A stretch of 64,000 nucleotides of DNA from Eledone cirrhosa (Eukaryota), in NCBI GenBank assembly GCA_964016885.1, contig OZ024747.1, positions 88,784,001 through 88,848,000 on the forward strand, written 5' to 3'. The translations under genes and the position numbers were made by a program. This document shows positions 11,930 to 24,995 of this stretch, piece by piece. The notes under the pieces were generated by a model. It had not been told where the DNA came from and did not search any database. It was given only the letters and a program-made list of their open reading frames with translations. Within the stretch, counting starts at the first letter, position 1, and each line of letters opens with the position of its first letter.

Positions 11930-12115
11930 TTGAAGGGAAAGGGAAAGTCGATTAAATCGACCCTAGTGCATTACTGGTACTTTATTTTTTCGACCCTGTA
12001 AAGATAAAAGGCAAAACTAACCTCGGCGGGATTTGAACTCAGAACGTAAAGGGTCGTAATTCTATGCCACGAAGCATTTGGTCCAACGCTCTACCGATTC
12101 TGTCAATACACCGCA
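11930..12115 (-). mobile_element. SINE A, long subfamily
   Basis: Reverse-complement core, including the GTCGATTAAATCGAC hairpin. Confidence 0.88.
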
Positions 12116-12194
12116 CTAACAAAATTTAAATCTAAAAATAAATAAAATGGTTTTTGTTATTTAAATTTAATTGTTCATTTATGTGTTGGATCTG

Positions 12195-12440
12195 CGTCGG
12201 TTTCGACGACGAGTGCTCTAGTTATTCGAACAATGGAACAGCCAGGTCATAAAATTAACATGCGAGTGACTGAGCATTTCACATCATAGAGACGTGTGTG
12301 TGTGTGTCTTTAATGTGGTTCTCAGGGAGATTCAGTGTGACAAGGCTTTGATTTACAGGTACAACCAACTCATGCCATGGCTTGCCAGGTAAATGGACTA
12401 GAGCAACAGGAAATAAAATATCTTGTTCAAGGGCACAACA
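12195..12440 (-). mobile_element. SINE B-related fragment
   Basis: Reverse complement of the body of the 18243-18560 element. Confidence 0.65.
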
Positions 12441-12605
12441 ATAAATATATATACATATATACATTCACATAATAAATATATACATATATACATTCACATA
12501 ATAAATATATATATATACATACATTGACATTATAAATATATATATATGTATATATATATATACATTTACATTATATATATATCACACACATTCACATAAT
12601 AAATA

Positions 12606-12672
<67 letters not shown>
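12440..12672. repeat. AT-rich minisatellite followed by a (TA)n microsatellite
   Basis: ATAAATATATACATATATACATTCACATA repeats, then pure (TA)n at 12611-12672. Confidence 0.95.
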
Positions 12673-12676
<4 letters not shown>

Positions 12677-13599
12677 GCAATGGTAATGACGAAGATGTTT
12701 ACATAAAGTCTTGGAGGACTCTTAAACTCCGCCCACTACTCTTTGAAAGGCAGCTGAAGTCTTTCTTCTGTGTTCTATTTCCTATTTTTAAGTTTGTAGA
12801 GGTCTTTACAGCTCACTATTTGATTTTTTTTTTAAATCAGCCATATCCGTTATCGATTACGGAAAGCATCAACGTTTGTTGATTAATGATAGATGTGCCG
12901 TCTATTTTGTCAAATCCTAGAAACGACACTTAAAAAAATAACCCCAAAAATTAAAGTTTTAAAAGCGAGAAATATAGATGACGGATTTATGTATTGTCAC
13001 AAGGACCCTTGATACAATAACTAACTGTTGACTGGTGTAAAATAGGGTGATGTAAATATAGAATACTGACAATCACTTCGCGTGTCTAAAACCGCATGAA
13101 TTAGTTTTTGTTTGTTTACTTTTTGCGCGCATTCACGTTTTTCGTTCTTTTTCTGCTTAATCAGCACCACACTGATGCAGCATGAAAATAAACTTAAGTC
13201 TCGCTCACATCTGCTAGTTTTCATACTGCCGTTGTTTTCTTTACTGTGGAGAAGAAATGTATTTTTGGAGTATGTTGTGGTACATATTGTGTTAGAGACA
13301 TTCTAGCTTAAGACAACTAGAGGTCAGCTAACTAGCCGCGCTTCTCTGCAGAAATGTCACTGTCAATTATTGTAAAAATATATTTATTTCAATAGAATGC
13401 ATACAAAATAAAAATAATTGATATATAGAAATTACATAAAAAGGAAGGGGAAGCTGGAGAAGACACGTGCATGCCATCATACGTCACAACAAATGTCACC
13501 GGAGTTTCCCCTCTAATCATTTTTTAAGCAAGCCAAATTTGACACAAAGGCTCTCATTTAAACGGAGGTTCTAACCCAAACCCTGAGGCTAACCGTAAA

Positions 13600-13838
13600 C
13601 CTGTTGTGTCCTTGAGCAAAACACTTTATTTCACGCTGCTCCAGTTTACTCAGCTGTAGAAATGAGTTGCGACGTCACTGGTACCAAGCTGTACCGGCCT
13701 TTGCTTTTCTCTTGGTGGCGTGGAGAGGGCAGGCTGGAATGCATGGGCGACTGCTGGTTTTCTTTAAAACAACCTTGCCGGGACACTTTCTATGTGCAAA
13801 TCCCATGGTCATTCGTGACCGAAGGTGAGGGATCTTCG
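13600..13838 (+). mobile_element. SINE with a CORE-like domain and a different 3' body
   Basis: TGTGTCCTTGAGCAAAACACTTTATTTCACGCTGCTCCAGTTTACTCAGCTG is shared with 18310, 21195 and 24805. Confidence 0.7.
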
Positions 13839-13859
13839 ATATACAAATATATATTACTG

Positions 13860-14140
13860 TTATTGGCATCCATCGGTCTCCAAAAGCCATGGATCTGCAC
13901 CTGGAGAATTTCATGTCAGCTGCTGTGTCGGTGCAGTGCAGTGTCTGCTGTGGTTGTACAGGCCCACATGGGAATGACAGTCCTGTATACAACGACTGCA
14001 TTTGTAGATGCTCTCCTCCGGTGCAACTGTGTTTTTCTTTTTTGGAGCACGCTTTTCCGCGGAAGCAAATTTCAGTTTCTCTTCCCCTTGCGCAGTACAC
14101 GTCTCCATCGTGGTCGATCATTAGCAACATCCTTCCATCA
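13860..14140 (-). mobile_element. RTE (BovB-like) LINE 3' end with terminal zinc knuckle
   Basis: AEKRAPKKKN...YKCSRCIQDCHSHVGLYNHSRHC matches the C..C.R.C.SRIGL.SH pattern. Confidence 0.8.
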
Positions 14141-16399
14141 CTGTGTGTGAGTGTGTGTGTGTGTGTGTAAATTGAATCGACCAAAAGCGTTTTAATGATG
14201 TCATATCGACACGGGAGGACGTACTAAATTCAACCTCAACAGGATTTGAACTCACGCAAATTTTGTTTAGCTAAGTTATCGTTTCTGCAATTCTCATTGT
14301 TAAAACATCAATCATTATAAAGTGATTATAGCAAAATGAGCAATGAAATCTGTCTCTGAATACACATACTAGCAATTGTCAAAAAGTGATATGACAAAAA
14401 AATTTACTATTTATTATTAAATATAAACCAATATATAAAAAAAAGTTTGATATGCGATAAACATAACATGTACATAGAATGTAGCGCATATACAAATAGA
14501 TGTATGTTTTGGTAGTTTCGGGAGAAAGATATAATTATTGGGGGAGCCTTGCCCCAGTTCCACGGCCCCTGCAGGTAGTCTTACTTTTCCATTAATATTT
14601 GGTTTTCAATTTGTACATTAAAAAAATGAATCTCACCTAATGTTATGATTTGATTTTTTATAAACTATAGAGAATCAATTTTCTAAGCAAGTTTTTCCTG
14701 TTGTATGAATCTAACATGTGTTTGTTTACACATGTGTGCTAGCGCACACGCCAGTCCATCCATATGTGTGTTTTGTCATATTGAAGCGATATTTGTTTTA
14801 CCAGAACAGCTTGTTTTCATTCTGGTAACTTGAAATAGTGAAATAAACCTTTCCTGTATACATTCATACACATTTTCCCCTCATCCCTCTCCACATTTTA
14901 TTATTCTCCCTTCACCATTATCTTAACTTATCCCTCCCTCTCTCTCTATGTCTCTGTCTTCTTTACTTCCGCTCATACTCACGTCTATTCGTTCACCGAC
15001 CCATTCATTTCTTCATTAATCTTTCTTTCTCCATCTTTCTCATATTTCATCAGTCCTTTATTCCTTTACCTTACAGGCCACTAACGCTAGCTACTACTTC
15101 CTTCCATCGACACTACCACGTTTACTAACAACCACTGTTGCTCTCTTGCTTATACAATTACAACCCCAACCCTCCACCTTCGTCCAACTTTATGGCAGAT
15201 GCGTCCACGGCTACCATTCTAATACCGTCGTCCTGAAGATTCGTCTAAAGTAATGGAATTTTAGATAACAATCTGAAGCCTTATTCTTCTTCCATCTTAC
15301 ATTTCTTTTCATTTTTTCTTCTTTGATTTTTGCATATAGAGCGCGTAAACAAACATGCATATGTGAACTGGTACTCGTTTGCGCTTCCACATAGACACAT
15401 AAACACAAGCAAACACACACATGCATATCTAAATAGAGAGATGAATATATATATGTATAGGTGAGGTTGCTAAATAAGATCACCTATAAATATTGTCTCA
15501 CTTGATAGAGTCTAAGTAAAATTTATTCTTCCATATAAAAGAAACTGTAGAGAATGCGAGAGAAAGTGTATTTATAAACAGTCGTGCACTGCTTAGACAT
15601 CAACAACACGTCTGTCACAAGAATGGATCCCTCCTGCCATCTGTCACAGACTCAGTACTGTGGCTTCTATCCTATTCACTTTTATCCAGTCATCAAAACG
15701 TCCTCTTTTTGCTCACCTAAGGATAATGTGCACCAATTAAAGGTAGGTGTGTTCATATATTTCTTTTTTCTCATAGAATTCAGCTGTGCATGTTTGATCC
15801 ATATAGATTTAAGAGCTTGCTGGTTTTGACTGAATGACATAAGTATTATTCCTAAATAAGAAGATTCAATACGATTTCTTTTTGCTTGAAGGTGCTATTT
15901 TTTCCCATTTCCCTGTCATTTTCAACCAAATCGGTTCTTTTTAACGACAGTTTGGTCAACAAAATGTTATTTATTTATTGGTTTATTGAGTCCGACACGA
16001 GCGAAAATAGAAAGAATGAGAAAAGGGTGTAAATTGTGAACGATGTGTAAGAAAAGAGAATTAGATGGAAGATAGAAGGAAAGAAACAGCAGTTGAAAGG
16101 AAAATTATAAATTACAGATACATTGGTGGAATTAGATGGAAAAAAAAAAGAAGACAATAGAAACATTAGCGGTTTTGTACAGATTGTATAAAGCTTTAAT
16201 GTTTTTATTGTCAGGGAGGAAAAGCTTCTCAATTGTCCTTTAATATGTGAATACCTGTTACAATATTTCAAGACATACATAAAATATGTTTGTCAGTGTT
16301 TATATAGTGGAAATCTAGCAGCCGACTTCTACTAAAGTGGTATGTTGATAGTCACTCATCACGCTACCTTTTGTTTATATACACTTAGATCCTACTCTT

Positions 16400-16745
16400 A
16401 AATCAACACACACACACATATAACTACATATACGTACACACATATATCTACATAAACATACATACATACGTACACATACACACACATATATATATCTACA
16501 TAAATATACACACACACACATATAGATACATACATGCAAATACACACACATCTGTATAAATGTACATACACATACGTACACACATATATCTACATAAATA
16601 TACATACATATACGTACACACATATATATCTACATAAATATACATACATATACGTATACATACACATCTACATAAACATACGTACAAACATATTACTATA
16701 TAAATATACATACATATACGTACACACATACATATACACACATAT
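16400..16745. repeat. Compound AC/AT microsatellite-derived minisatellite
   Basis: Recurring ATATCTACATAAATATACATACATATACGTACACAC units. Confidence 0.9.
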
Positions 16746-17024
16746 GCTGAGACAAAAAGACTTTACAGTTATCTGTAGAGTTGAGTTTTTTAATACAAAC
16801 ACGCAGTGTGTATTATATATAGAAATACAGGATGATTCATCTTGTGTGTGTATGTATGTGTGCATATATATACACACACAAACACTGAATAAATTATAAA
16901 CATACGAAAAACACTAATGGTGATTCATATTTACACGCGTGCACACATAAATACAAACATACAGTTCTGGCCATATGCACATCTTAGGTAGTGTGTTATA
17001 TTTATAAGCATAATAATTATTTCT

Positions 17025-17195
17025 GATTTAATTTTGGGGAAAGAAAGTCGATTAAATCGATCCCAGTTACTGGTACTTTATTTTATCGACCACGTAAGGA
17101 TGAAAGGCAAAGTTAACCTCGGCGGGATTTGAACTCAGAACGTAAAGAGACGTAACTCTATGCCACGAAGCATGGTGTCCGACGCTCTACCGATC
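17025..17195 (-). mobile_element. SINE A
   Basis: Reverse-complement core and B-box GGATTTGAACTC. Confidence 0.88.
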
Positions 17196-17332
17196 CACAG
17201 CATTAATGGAAGTTAAATTTTGATGTGCAAGACAACATTTCATGTTTATATCCATATGTGTATTTCATTTTTTTTTTATTTCGTCTCATTCACTTATCTC
17301 TTTCAGTCGTCGACATATAGGCGCGCGCGAAC

Positions 17333-17990
<658 letters not shown>

Positions 17991-18242
17991 AACAACAAAC
18001 ATCAATTCTCGACTAATTCGCTAAAGTAATTAGAAAGCAATATTTTTGCGATATGTTAAATTAATTATGCTGATTATGACTATTGTGATATTATGACTAT
18101 TGGGATATTTGTTTTTAATAAACCAGCTCACTAAGAGAGAACGTTGAACTGCTACAAATTCTGTGTTATCTTCTAGTTTAAGTCAATATAGTGCCGTGAT
18201 CTGTTTTGTATTTGAGGATTTAACACCTGTGTGTGAGAAAAT

Positions 18243-18560
18243 GGCGCGTGGCTTAGTGGTTAAGGTGCTCGGTTCATGGTCGTGAGTTCGATTTCCAGAC
18301 CGGGTGGCGTGCTGTATCTTTGAACAAGACACTTTATTTCACGTTGCTCCAGTCCACTGAGCTAGTAAAAATGAGAGTTGTAGCTGCAATTCAAAAGACC
18401 AGCCTTCTCTTGCACACAAACACACCGTGTGGCGCCGAATATCTCTGAGAATTACATTAACTGTACACAGGTCTGTAGAATGCTTAGCCACTTTCACATT
18501 AATTTCATGTTCCGCAGTTGAAACAAGTGGAGCATGCGTCGTCGTAAACCGACGAAGGTC
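18243..18560 (+). mobile_element. tRNA-derived SINE B
   Basis: GGCGCGTGGCTTAGTGGTTAAG (A-box), GAGTTCGATTT (B-box) and a CORE-like middle. Confidence 0.8.
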
Positions 18561-18899
18561 CCAGACAAATAGTACCTGTGTAAACTTTTACTTTTTATGC
18601 TTTAGTCAGGGGTAGGTAGGCCAGCACCTATGACACTTCTTTTTCAGAGCTTCCGAGATTGTTGGGAGGGAACTAGGCTCCAATGCTCGTTACAGAGTGG
18701 ACTCGGTGAAAGGCCTCCCGAGAACCAAATGACAGGTTAAGGCTACCACTCGAGATTGTGAATAAGAAAGGCCGATAACAGTAACAGTCCAGTTAACCCT
18801 GAACTAGCAGACCTATGATGAAAGGCAGTTCAACTGTGAGGTCGGTAAAATAAAGTACCAGTAACGCACTGGAACGATTTAATCGATCCCTCCCCTAAT

Positions 18900-19100
18900 T
18901 TAAGCACAAGGTCAGAAAATTTCGGCCAAGGACAAAGTTGGTTAAATCAACCCAAATACTTGACTAGTTCTTTATTTTATCGACCGCGGAAATGTAAAAG
19001 TCAAAGTTGACCTCGATGGGATTTGTATTCAGAACGCAAAGAGCCAGACTAAATACCACAATGGCATTTTATCCAGCCTTCTACCAATTCAGCTTATCCA
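18900..19100 (-). mobile_element. Old SINE A copy
   Basis: Diverged reverse-complement core. Confidence 0.75.
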
Positions 19101-20380
19101 CCTCTTACATAGATATATATTTGAAGTTTATCATTGAATATTTTTCCGGTAGTCTTCTTACGTAGGCTCATCTTCAAAGTAATTCAGTGATAAAGTAATT
19201 TCACCGATTAATTAATTGAAACATCAGTGGAATTAATGCCAGTAGATTGGACCAGGTACGAATTTGTATTCAGAGCAGGTGTTTATATTCTCTTCTGAGT
19301 TTGTCTTGTTATCTGTTACTTATCTCTCCCAAATAATGGGTTATCGAAAAAAAATTGTTTGCCAACTTTAAACGAAAAACGCTTCCAAGAAAAGATCCAA
19401 ATATCAATGTTATAATGATATAACCCCTAAAAAAAAAAAAAGCACCAGCTTTGGCATTCGGTCACCAGAGCAATTTCTATTTACTAATTTCCACTCACAG
19501 GGTATGAATGAGTCAACAAAAGATTTCAGAAAATGATAGTGTTCAAACTACAAGCTATGGTTGCGAAGTGATTTTCTTAAGCACATTGTATAAATCCTGG
19601 TCACATAATGATTTCTATCAGCTAAGAACGAAGTCTCTGTATACAGAGGCGGGAAATCGAGAAAGAAATGTCCTAAGGAAATATAATATAATACAAGGAG
19701 ACATGCATGTTCGCAATTGAACTGACATGAAATTTGGAATTATTAAAACAGGAATGCTTGCTTAAGCTTACACATCACGATATACATTAATACTAACCAA
19801 TATTAACCAGACCTAGTCATAACAGGCAATCAGTGTTCAAAATTGGTAATTTTTCTAGGTTGTGTCCGTTGATTTTTTTTTAAATACCAGAATTAGTCGT
19901 TTAGTTTACATATTGAGACCCCAACCCATCCTATTTATTTTATAACGTATGGGATTTATAGTAATGTTTTTTTGTTTTTTTGTAATGTATAAAGAAAATT
20001 AATTGTCGCAGGAATGCTACCACTTAAAATAAAAAATTTCCGGAGATAGATTAGCAAAATTTAATAAGCCCCAGCCGGATGGCTGGAACAGGTAAAAGAG
20101 CAAGTGGGGTGGTGGGGGTGGAAAAATCTGAAATATTAATAAACATGGGGGTGGGGGTAACAATTATTCGAGACCAGAGAGTAGTTTAGAAATCTTGTCA
20201 AAATTGGACAGTACAAAATTCAAACAAATACGATGCATAGTAAATAGATAACAGATGATAGGCTGCAGAAAATCAAAGGAACAAAGGAGTGATTCCAACT
20301 AATAGATAAGCAACGACTCCAGAATTGTAGAAACATGGCTGATAACACTTACGGTGATGTGGGTCAACTATATATATATA

Positions 20381-20456
20381 AGGTGTCCCCGCAAAATGTA
20401 TACATACTTTGATTACAATACTGTTGAAGTGTGTATACGTTTTTGTGGGACACCCT
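20381..20456. mobile_element. Tc1/mariner-type mini-MITE (palindromic)
   Basis: AGGTGTCCCCGCAAAATGTATACATACTT ... AAGTGTGTATACGTTTTTGTGGGACACCCT; lies next to (TA)n. Confidence 0.75.
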
Positions 20457-21116
20457 TTGTGTGTGTATATATATGTGTGTGCGTGCGCGTGTACATATAT
20501 AAATGTGTGTATGTGTGTGTGTTTATATGTATACATATATATATAAAACGCTGGCGTAATTATTCGTTTTTTCTGATTAAAAAGAGTATTCAGACATGAA
20601 TAACGAGAGGGGAAAAGAGAGAACATTGAATGGGTTTAGGCGAGTGTGTCTCCTCGCCTTAAAGACCAGGAATACGGTTCCAGACGTCTTTCCCTAGTTA
20701 AGGGAATACATATCCCAGGTTTGCCAACCTCTAAAAACCCAAACGGGGAGTACCATGAAAAAAAGTGCCCCAAAACAGGGAGAAAGGCAAAATGAGGAAT
20801 TTTACATAATAAAAGCTATACCTATTTTCAAAAGAGAAAACATCTCTCACCCACCCCAAAGTGGGTGGGAGATCTCCCCGTAGGATGGGGAGAGTTGACA
20901 GGTCTGATATCCTGCCAAACATCAGCTAAGACTAATACCAACTCCTCTGTTGAGGGTATATGGAACACCTCTACCAATTTTTGAAAAACTGTGGTTTGGC
21001 AATTGTGTGTTCGACTTTTACTGGATAAATGTTTCTGGCAAGAAAGGACTAACTTTTGTAACATTATAACATACCTTATTTCGTCCTTGTCTTCAGCTGT
21101 AATTTCTGTTGCTAGA

Positions 21117-21345
21117 TGCGCGTGGCCTAGTGGTAAGGGTATCGGACTTACGATCATAATCTCGTGGGTCCGATTCCTGGGTTGGGTTACGTGTTGAGTT
21201 CTTGAGCAAAACACTTCATTTCACGTTGCACCAGTATACTCAGCTGAAAAAAAAATTAGTACCAGCAATAGCTGGGGGTTAACACTACGATGGACTGGCG
21301 TCCTGTCTAGGGAAGAGTATTGTACTTTCAGTCGCTTCATGCCAT
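21117..21345 (+). mobile_element. tRNA-derived SINE B
   Basis: GCGTGGCCTAGTGGTAAGGG...GGTCCGATTCC; nearly collinear with 24730-24995. Confidence 0.8.
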
Positions 21346-21409
21346 CTTTCGAATCTTTCGTGTTACACGTTGAAAAAACATGATGAAGGGCTATTCTCAC
21401 CGTTAGCAA

Positions 21410-21610
21410 GTCGATTCTTTCCCGAGACATTCTAACCACATGCTTATAGTATCGGAGCTGTGATCTCTCAATTCGGAGAAGTAGCGGCTCTACCTGGAGT
21501 GACTCTCTGATCTCCGAGCTACGCACTTTATCGAGTAACGTTATTAAAATGACTCTTCGGAGGAACTTCATTTCGGCCGCTTGTATTCGCGATCGTATTC
21601 TTTCGGTCAT
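21410..21610 (-). mobile_element. Expander/Rex3-like RTE, downstream segment
   Basis: MTERIRSRIQAAEMKFLRRV...DKVRSSEIRESLQVEPLLLRIERSQLRYYKHVVRM. Confidence 0.9.
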
Positions 21611-22190
21611 TGAGGCTGTGCAAGAATATGGGATTGATGGTCAGCTTCTTGCTGCCTTTATGTCTCTATACGAATGCCCGAGTATTTGTGTTCGGATAAA
21701 TGATGCTAAATCGAAACCATTCAATGTGGGAGTCGGACCCCTTCAAGGAAGCGTACCGTCAAATCTCCTGTTCATTATTTACAGTTAGGGGCGGTTGATT
21801 GGCAGTATCGGTAGAGGGTCGGACGCCATGCTTTGACGCATAGAGTTACGGCCCTTGCCATTCTGAGTTCAAATCCCGCCGAGGTTAACTTTGCCTTTCA
21901 TCCTTACGGGGTCGATAAAATAAAGTACCAGTAATACACTGGATAATTGCTGGTCTTGTGCCAAAAGTAGAAACAATTATTTACATGAACAGGGTTGACA
22001 TGCACAGCCGAGTGTAAAATCAGTCGGCTGGAATTTGCAGAGGACATTGTGTTACTCAACTCGACAGATGATCTTCGACTTGCACTTGATAGGTTTGATG
22101 CCGAGTGCTGCATGGCTGGAATGAAAATCAGTGCTGCGAAAGCTGGGACACTCGTCCTCCCAAGGAAGCCTGCGCTGTGCACGCTATATG
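21611..22190 (+). mobile_element. Expander/Rex3-like RTE RT core, inverted relative to 21410-21610 and interrupted by a SINE
   Basis: EYGIDGQLLAAFMSLY...SKPFNVGVGPLQGSVPSNLLFIIY [SINE] MNRV...ISRLEFAEDIVLL...ALDRFDAECCMAGMKISAAK. Confidence 0.88.
21787..21975 (+). mobile_element. Full-length young SINE A with a 10-bp target-site duplication
   Basis: ATTATTTACA at 21774-21783 and 21976-21985. Confidence 0.93.
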
Positions 22191-22539
22191 CTTTCTAATC
22201 TAATTTTCTTTGTTATTACTTCATCGATTCTACTTTAACCACCTCTTCTTACCAATCTATATAAAAGCCAGGGGGTGAGGGGTTGCTCCAGCGATGCTAC
22301 ACATAGGGGATACTTTAAACTTATGTAAAAACATAATGCACAAATAATATATAATGAATACATAAATATGAAGAAAACACAAAATAAATAAAACAAGTAA
22401 TTCAAACATTTTGACTCACATACAGGTAAAAAGTAATTAGACTGGACTAGAGTACACCACAATTCTGCCTGTCCACCATTGATTATACGGAAGCTTGATT
22501 CACTGGAAGAAGAAGGAGGAAGAGAAGTAATTTTTTCTG

Positions 22540-23240
22540 ACATTGGCTCAAGGCCAGCAATTTGGGGAAAGAGAAAAGTCGATAAAATAAAGCACTCTTT
22601 ACTGATATTTTATTTTATCGACTTCGCAAGGATGAAAGACAACGTAGAAAGTCGTAAATACTGCAAAGCACTTTGTCCGACGTTCTATCACTGCCAATCC
22701 GCCACCTTTCTGAGACCTACTCGTCGCCGCCACCGTCGTCATTTTTAATTTAGGCACAAGACCAGCATTTGGCGTGGAGGGGAAGTCAATTTTTATCGAC
22801 TCCAGTTCTTTACTAGTACTTTATTTTATCGACCTCGAAAACAAAGGATAAAAGGTAAAGTTGACCTAGGCGGTATTTGATCTCAATTCAAATCCAGCCG
22901 AGGAATTCAGGCGCTTTATGTTCAGAGTTCAAACCTGCCGAGGTCAACTTAATCTTTTATCATTTAATAATCATAATTGTTTCGGATTTATGCACAAGGC
23001 CAGCAATTTTGGTGGAGAGGGGAAAGTCGATTAAATCGACCCCAGTACATTACTGGTCCTTAATTTATCGACACCGTAAGGATGAAAAGCAAAGCTAACC
23101 TCGACGAGATTAGAACTCAGAACGCAAAGGGCCGTAACTCTATGCTGCAAGGCATGTTGTCTAACGCTTTACCGATACTGCCATTAATTATAATAATAAT
23201 ATTTCTTTATGATTTAGGCACAAGGCCAGCGATTAAATCG
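22540..23240. mobile_element. Cluster of 4-5 SINE A copies, mostly on the minus strand
   Basis: GCACAAGGCCAGCAATTT...TTTATCGAC...GATGAAA motifs recur at 22540, 22750, 22980 and 23215; plus-strand fragment at 22905. Confidence 0.8.
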
Positions 23241-24729
23241 ATCTCACAGGTTGAATAATGCGTTCCAAATATCCAAATAGTCTCTACACTGATTGTTTTT
23301 CCCGCTAGCTAACCTATCTTCTCTATCCAACCAGTTGATTGCTTTCAGCTTAAACCAATATTAGCCATTGATGGAATGTCTACGTTCAAACAAATATACA
23401 TATTACAAAGACAAACAGCGGAGTGTAGACGATGTAAAATCAATGCTAACCAACGCAAACACCAGACGATTTCCAGTTGCAGTTGTTAAATCCGTTCAGT
23501 GATGTTTAATAATTGGGTAATATAGGATGACATAAGCCGTGAATATGCAGTCATTACAACGTCGGATAGAATGCTTTAAGGGATTCGTTCCTGCTCTCTG
23601 AGTTCAAATCCAGCCAAGTTCAACTTTGCTTTTCATTCTTTCGAGGTCGATAAAAAAGTACCAGTCAAGTACTAAGGGTCTATTATTTCTTTATATCTCT
23701 TTTTCACTTTCTCTGAAGGAAATCGGCTGTTTTTAGACCCGGAGAGATGGGCTCCGCCAGGATTTTTTTTAAATGCCCCAGAAATGCCGTATGTCACTAC
23801 GGCGCCCCTACGACTCAATCAGGAGTTACGGGTGCATGCATAGATAGATAGGATGACAGTCACGGCAACTTTGTTTGGGACGGAATAAACTTTATAGAAG
23901 ATTATTTTTTGTTAGAAAATACTTAACCGGATTCAGGCCCGTAGCCAGGTGTTGGGGATGTGTGGTAAGCCTCAAAACATTCTGGGTGGGCAATTTGAAT
24001 TCAACCCAACTACTACATCGATCCAAGAATGATGAAAGGTGAAGTTGACCTTGGCGGTATTTGAACTCAGAATATAAAGAGCCAGAAACAAATACCGCAA
24101 TGAAATCTTATCCGACGCTCTACCAATTCTGCTAGCTGACGAGTATTTCGCTGGCTTGTAACCCTAAGTTCAAATCCCACCACCTCACAAGTAGCTATAG
24201 AAACATTTGGGTGATCTAAAGGGTTACGAGTTTCAATTAGACTATGTAACGCTTGTCAACATGCTCTAAGAAGTCGCCGGCCAGATAAATGTAGAATCAT
24301 TATACGTTTTTGTCAATGATATCAATTATTCAACAACATTAAGAAAGAAAAAACAGAATTTTGAATTAAGAGCACTATTGTTTAGTCCCACTCAGCCCTG
24401 ATCAAAGGCATTCCAGCGTTGAATAGTCCCCTCCTTTTTGTAAATAGAGCTAAGTTATCTAATATAATGTTGCCAAGCTTAACTGAAGGTTTAACCAACT
24501 GAAGCAGTCACTAGGGACATTACGTGCTAAAGGGCGATATGTTAAGGATATTTCAAATACAAAAGGAAGTACGAAAATAATATATAAAAACTGATGAAAA
24601 CAATGTGAAAATTCCTTGATAGAGATTACAGCTAACCAGGTAATCTGCTGTACCCCTTGGTACTCAGGATAAGTACGTGTTTCTAAAGGAGGATAAGCAG
24701 GTGTTTCTAAAGAATGTGTCGTAATGTAG

Positions 24730-24995
24730 ATGTGGCCTAGTGATAAGGGTGTTGGACTTATGATCATAATGTTGTGGGTTCGATTCCTGGGCTGGGTTGG
24801 GTGTTGTGTTTTTAAGCAAAACACTTCATTTCACGTTGATCCAGTATACTCGGCTGAAGAAAAAAAAAAAAAAAATGAGTACCTGCAATGGACTGGCGTT
24901 CTGTCCAGGAGATAGTCTTGTACTCTCAGTCGCTTCACACCACAGAAACCAAGATAAGCACTGGCCTGATGAGCCTCCGGGTTCAAGACAGACTT
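24730..24995 (+). mobile_element. tRNA-derived SINE B, followed by old SINE A copies (25012-25140, 25403-25640)
   Basis: A-box, B-box GGTTCGATTCC and a CORE-like middle. Confidence 0.8.

Noticed and set aside
21117-21190. tRNA genes (also at 9843, 18243, 24730, 49688)
   Set aside because: A and B boxes are present but there is no intact cloverleaf, and each continues into a shared SINE body.
24591-24615. Hammerhead cores at CTGATGA (24591, 24965, 57156, and minus strand near 11180 and 15050)
   Set aside because: No stem II/III pairing or no GAAA; they lie within SINE or RTE sequence or are chance matches.
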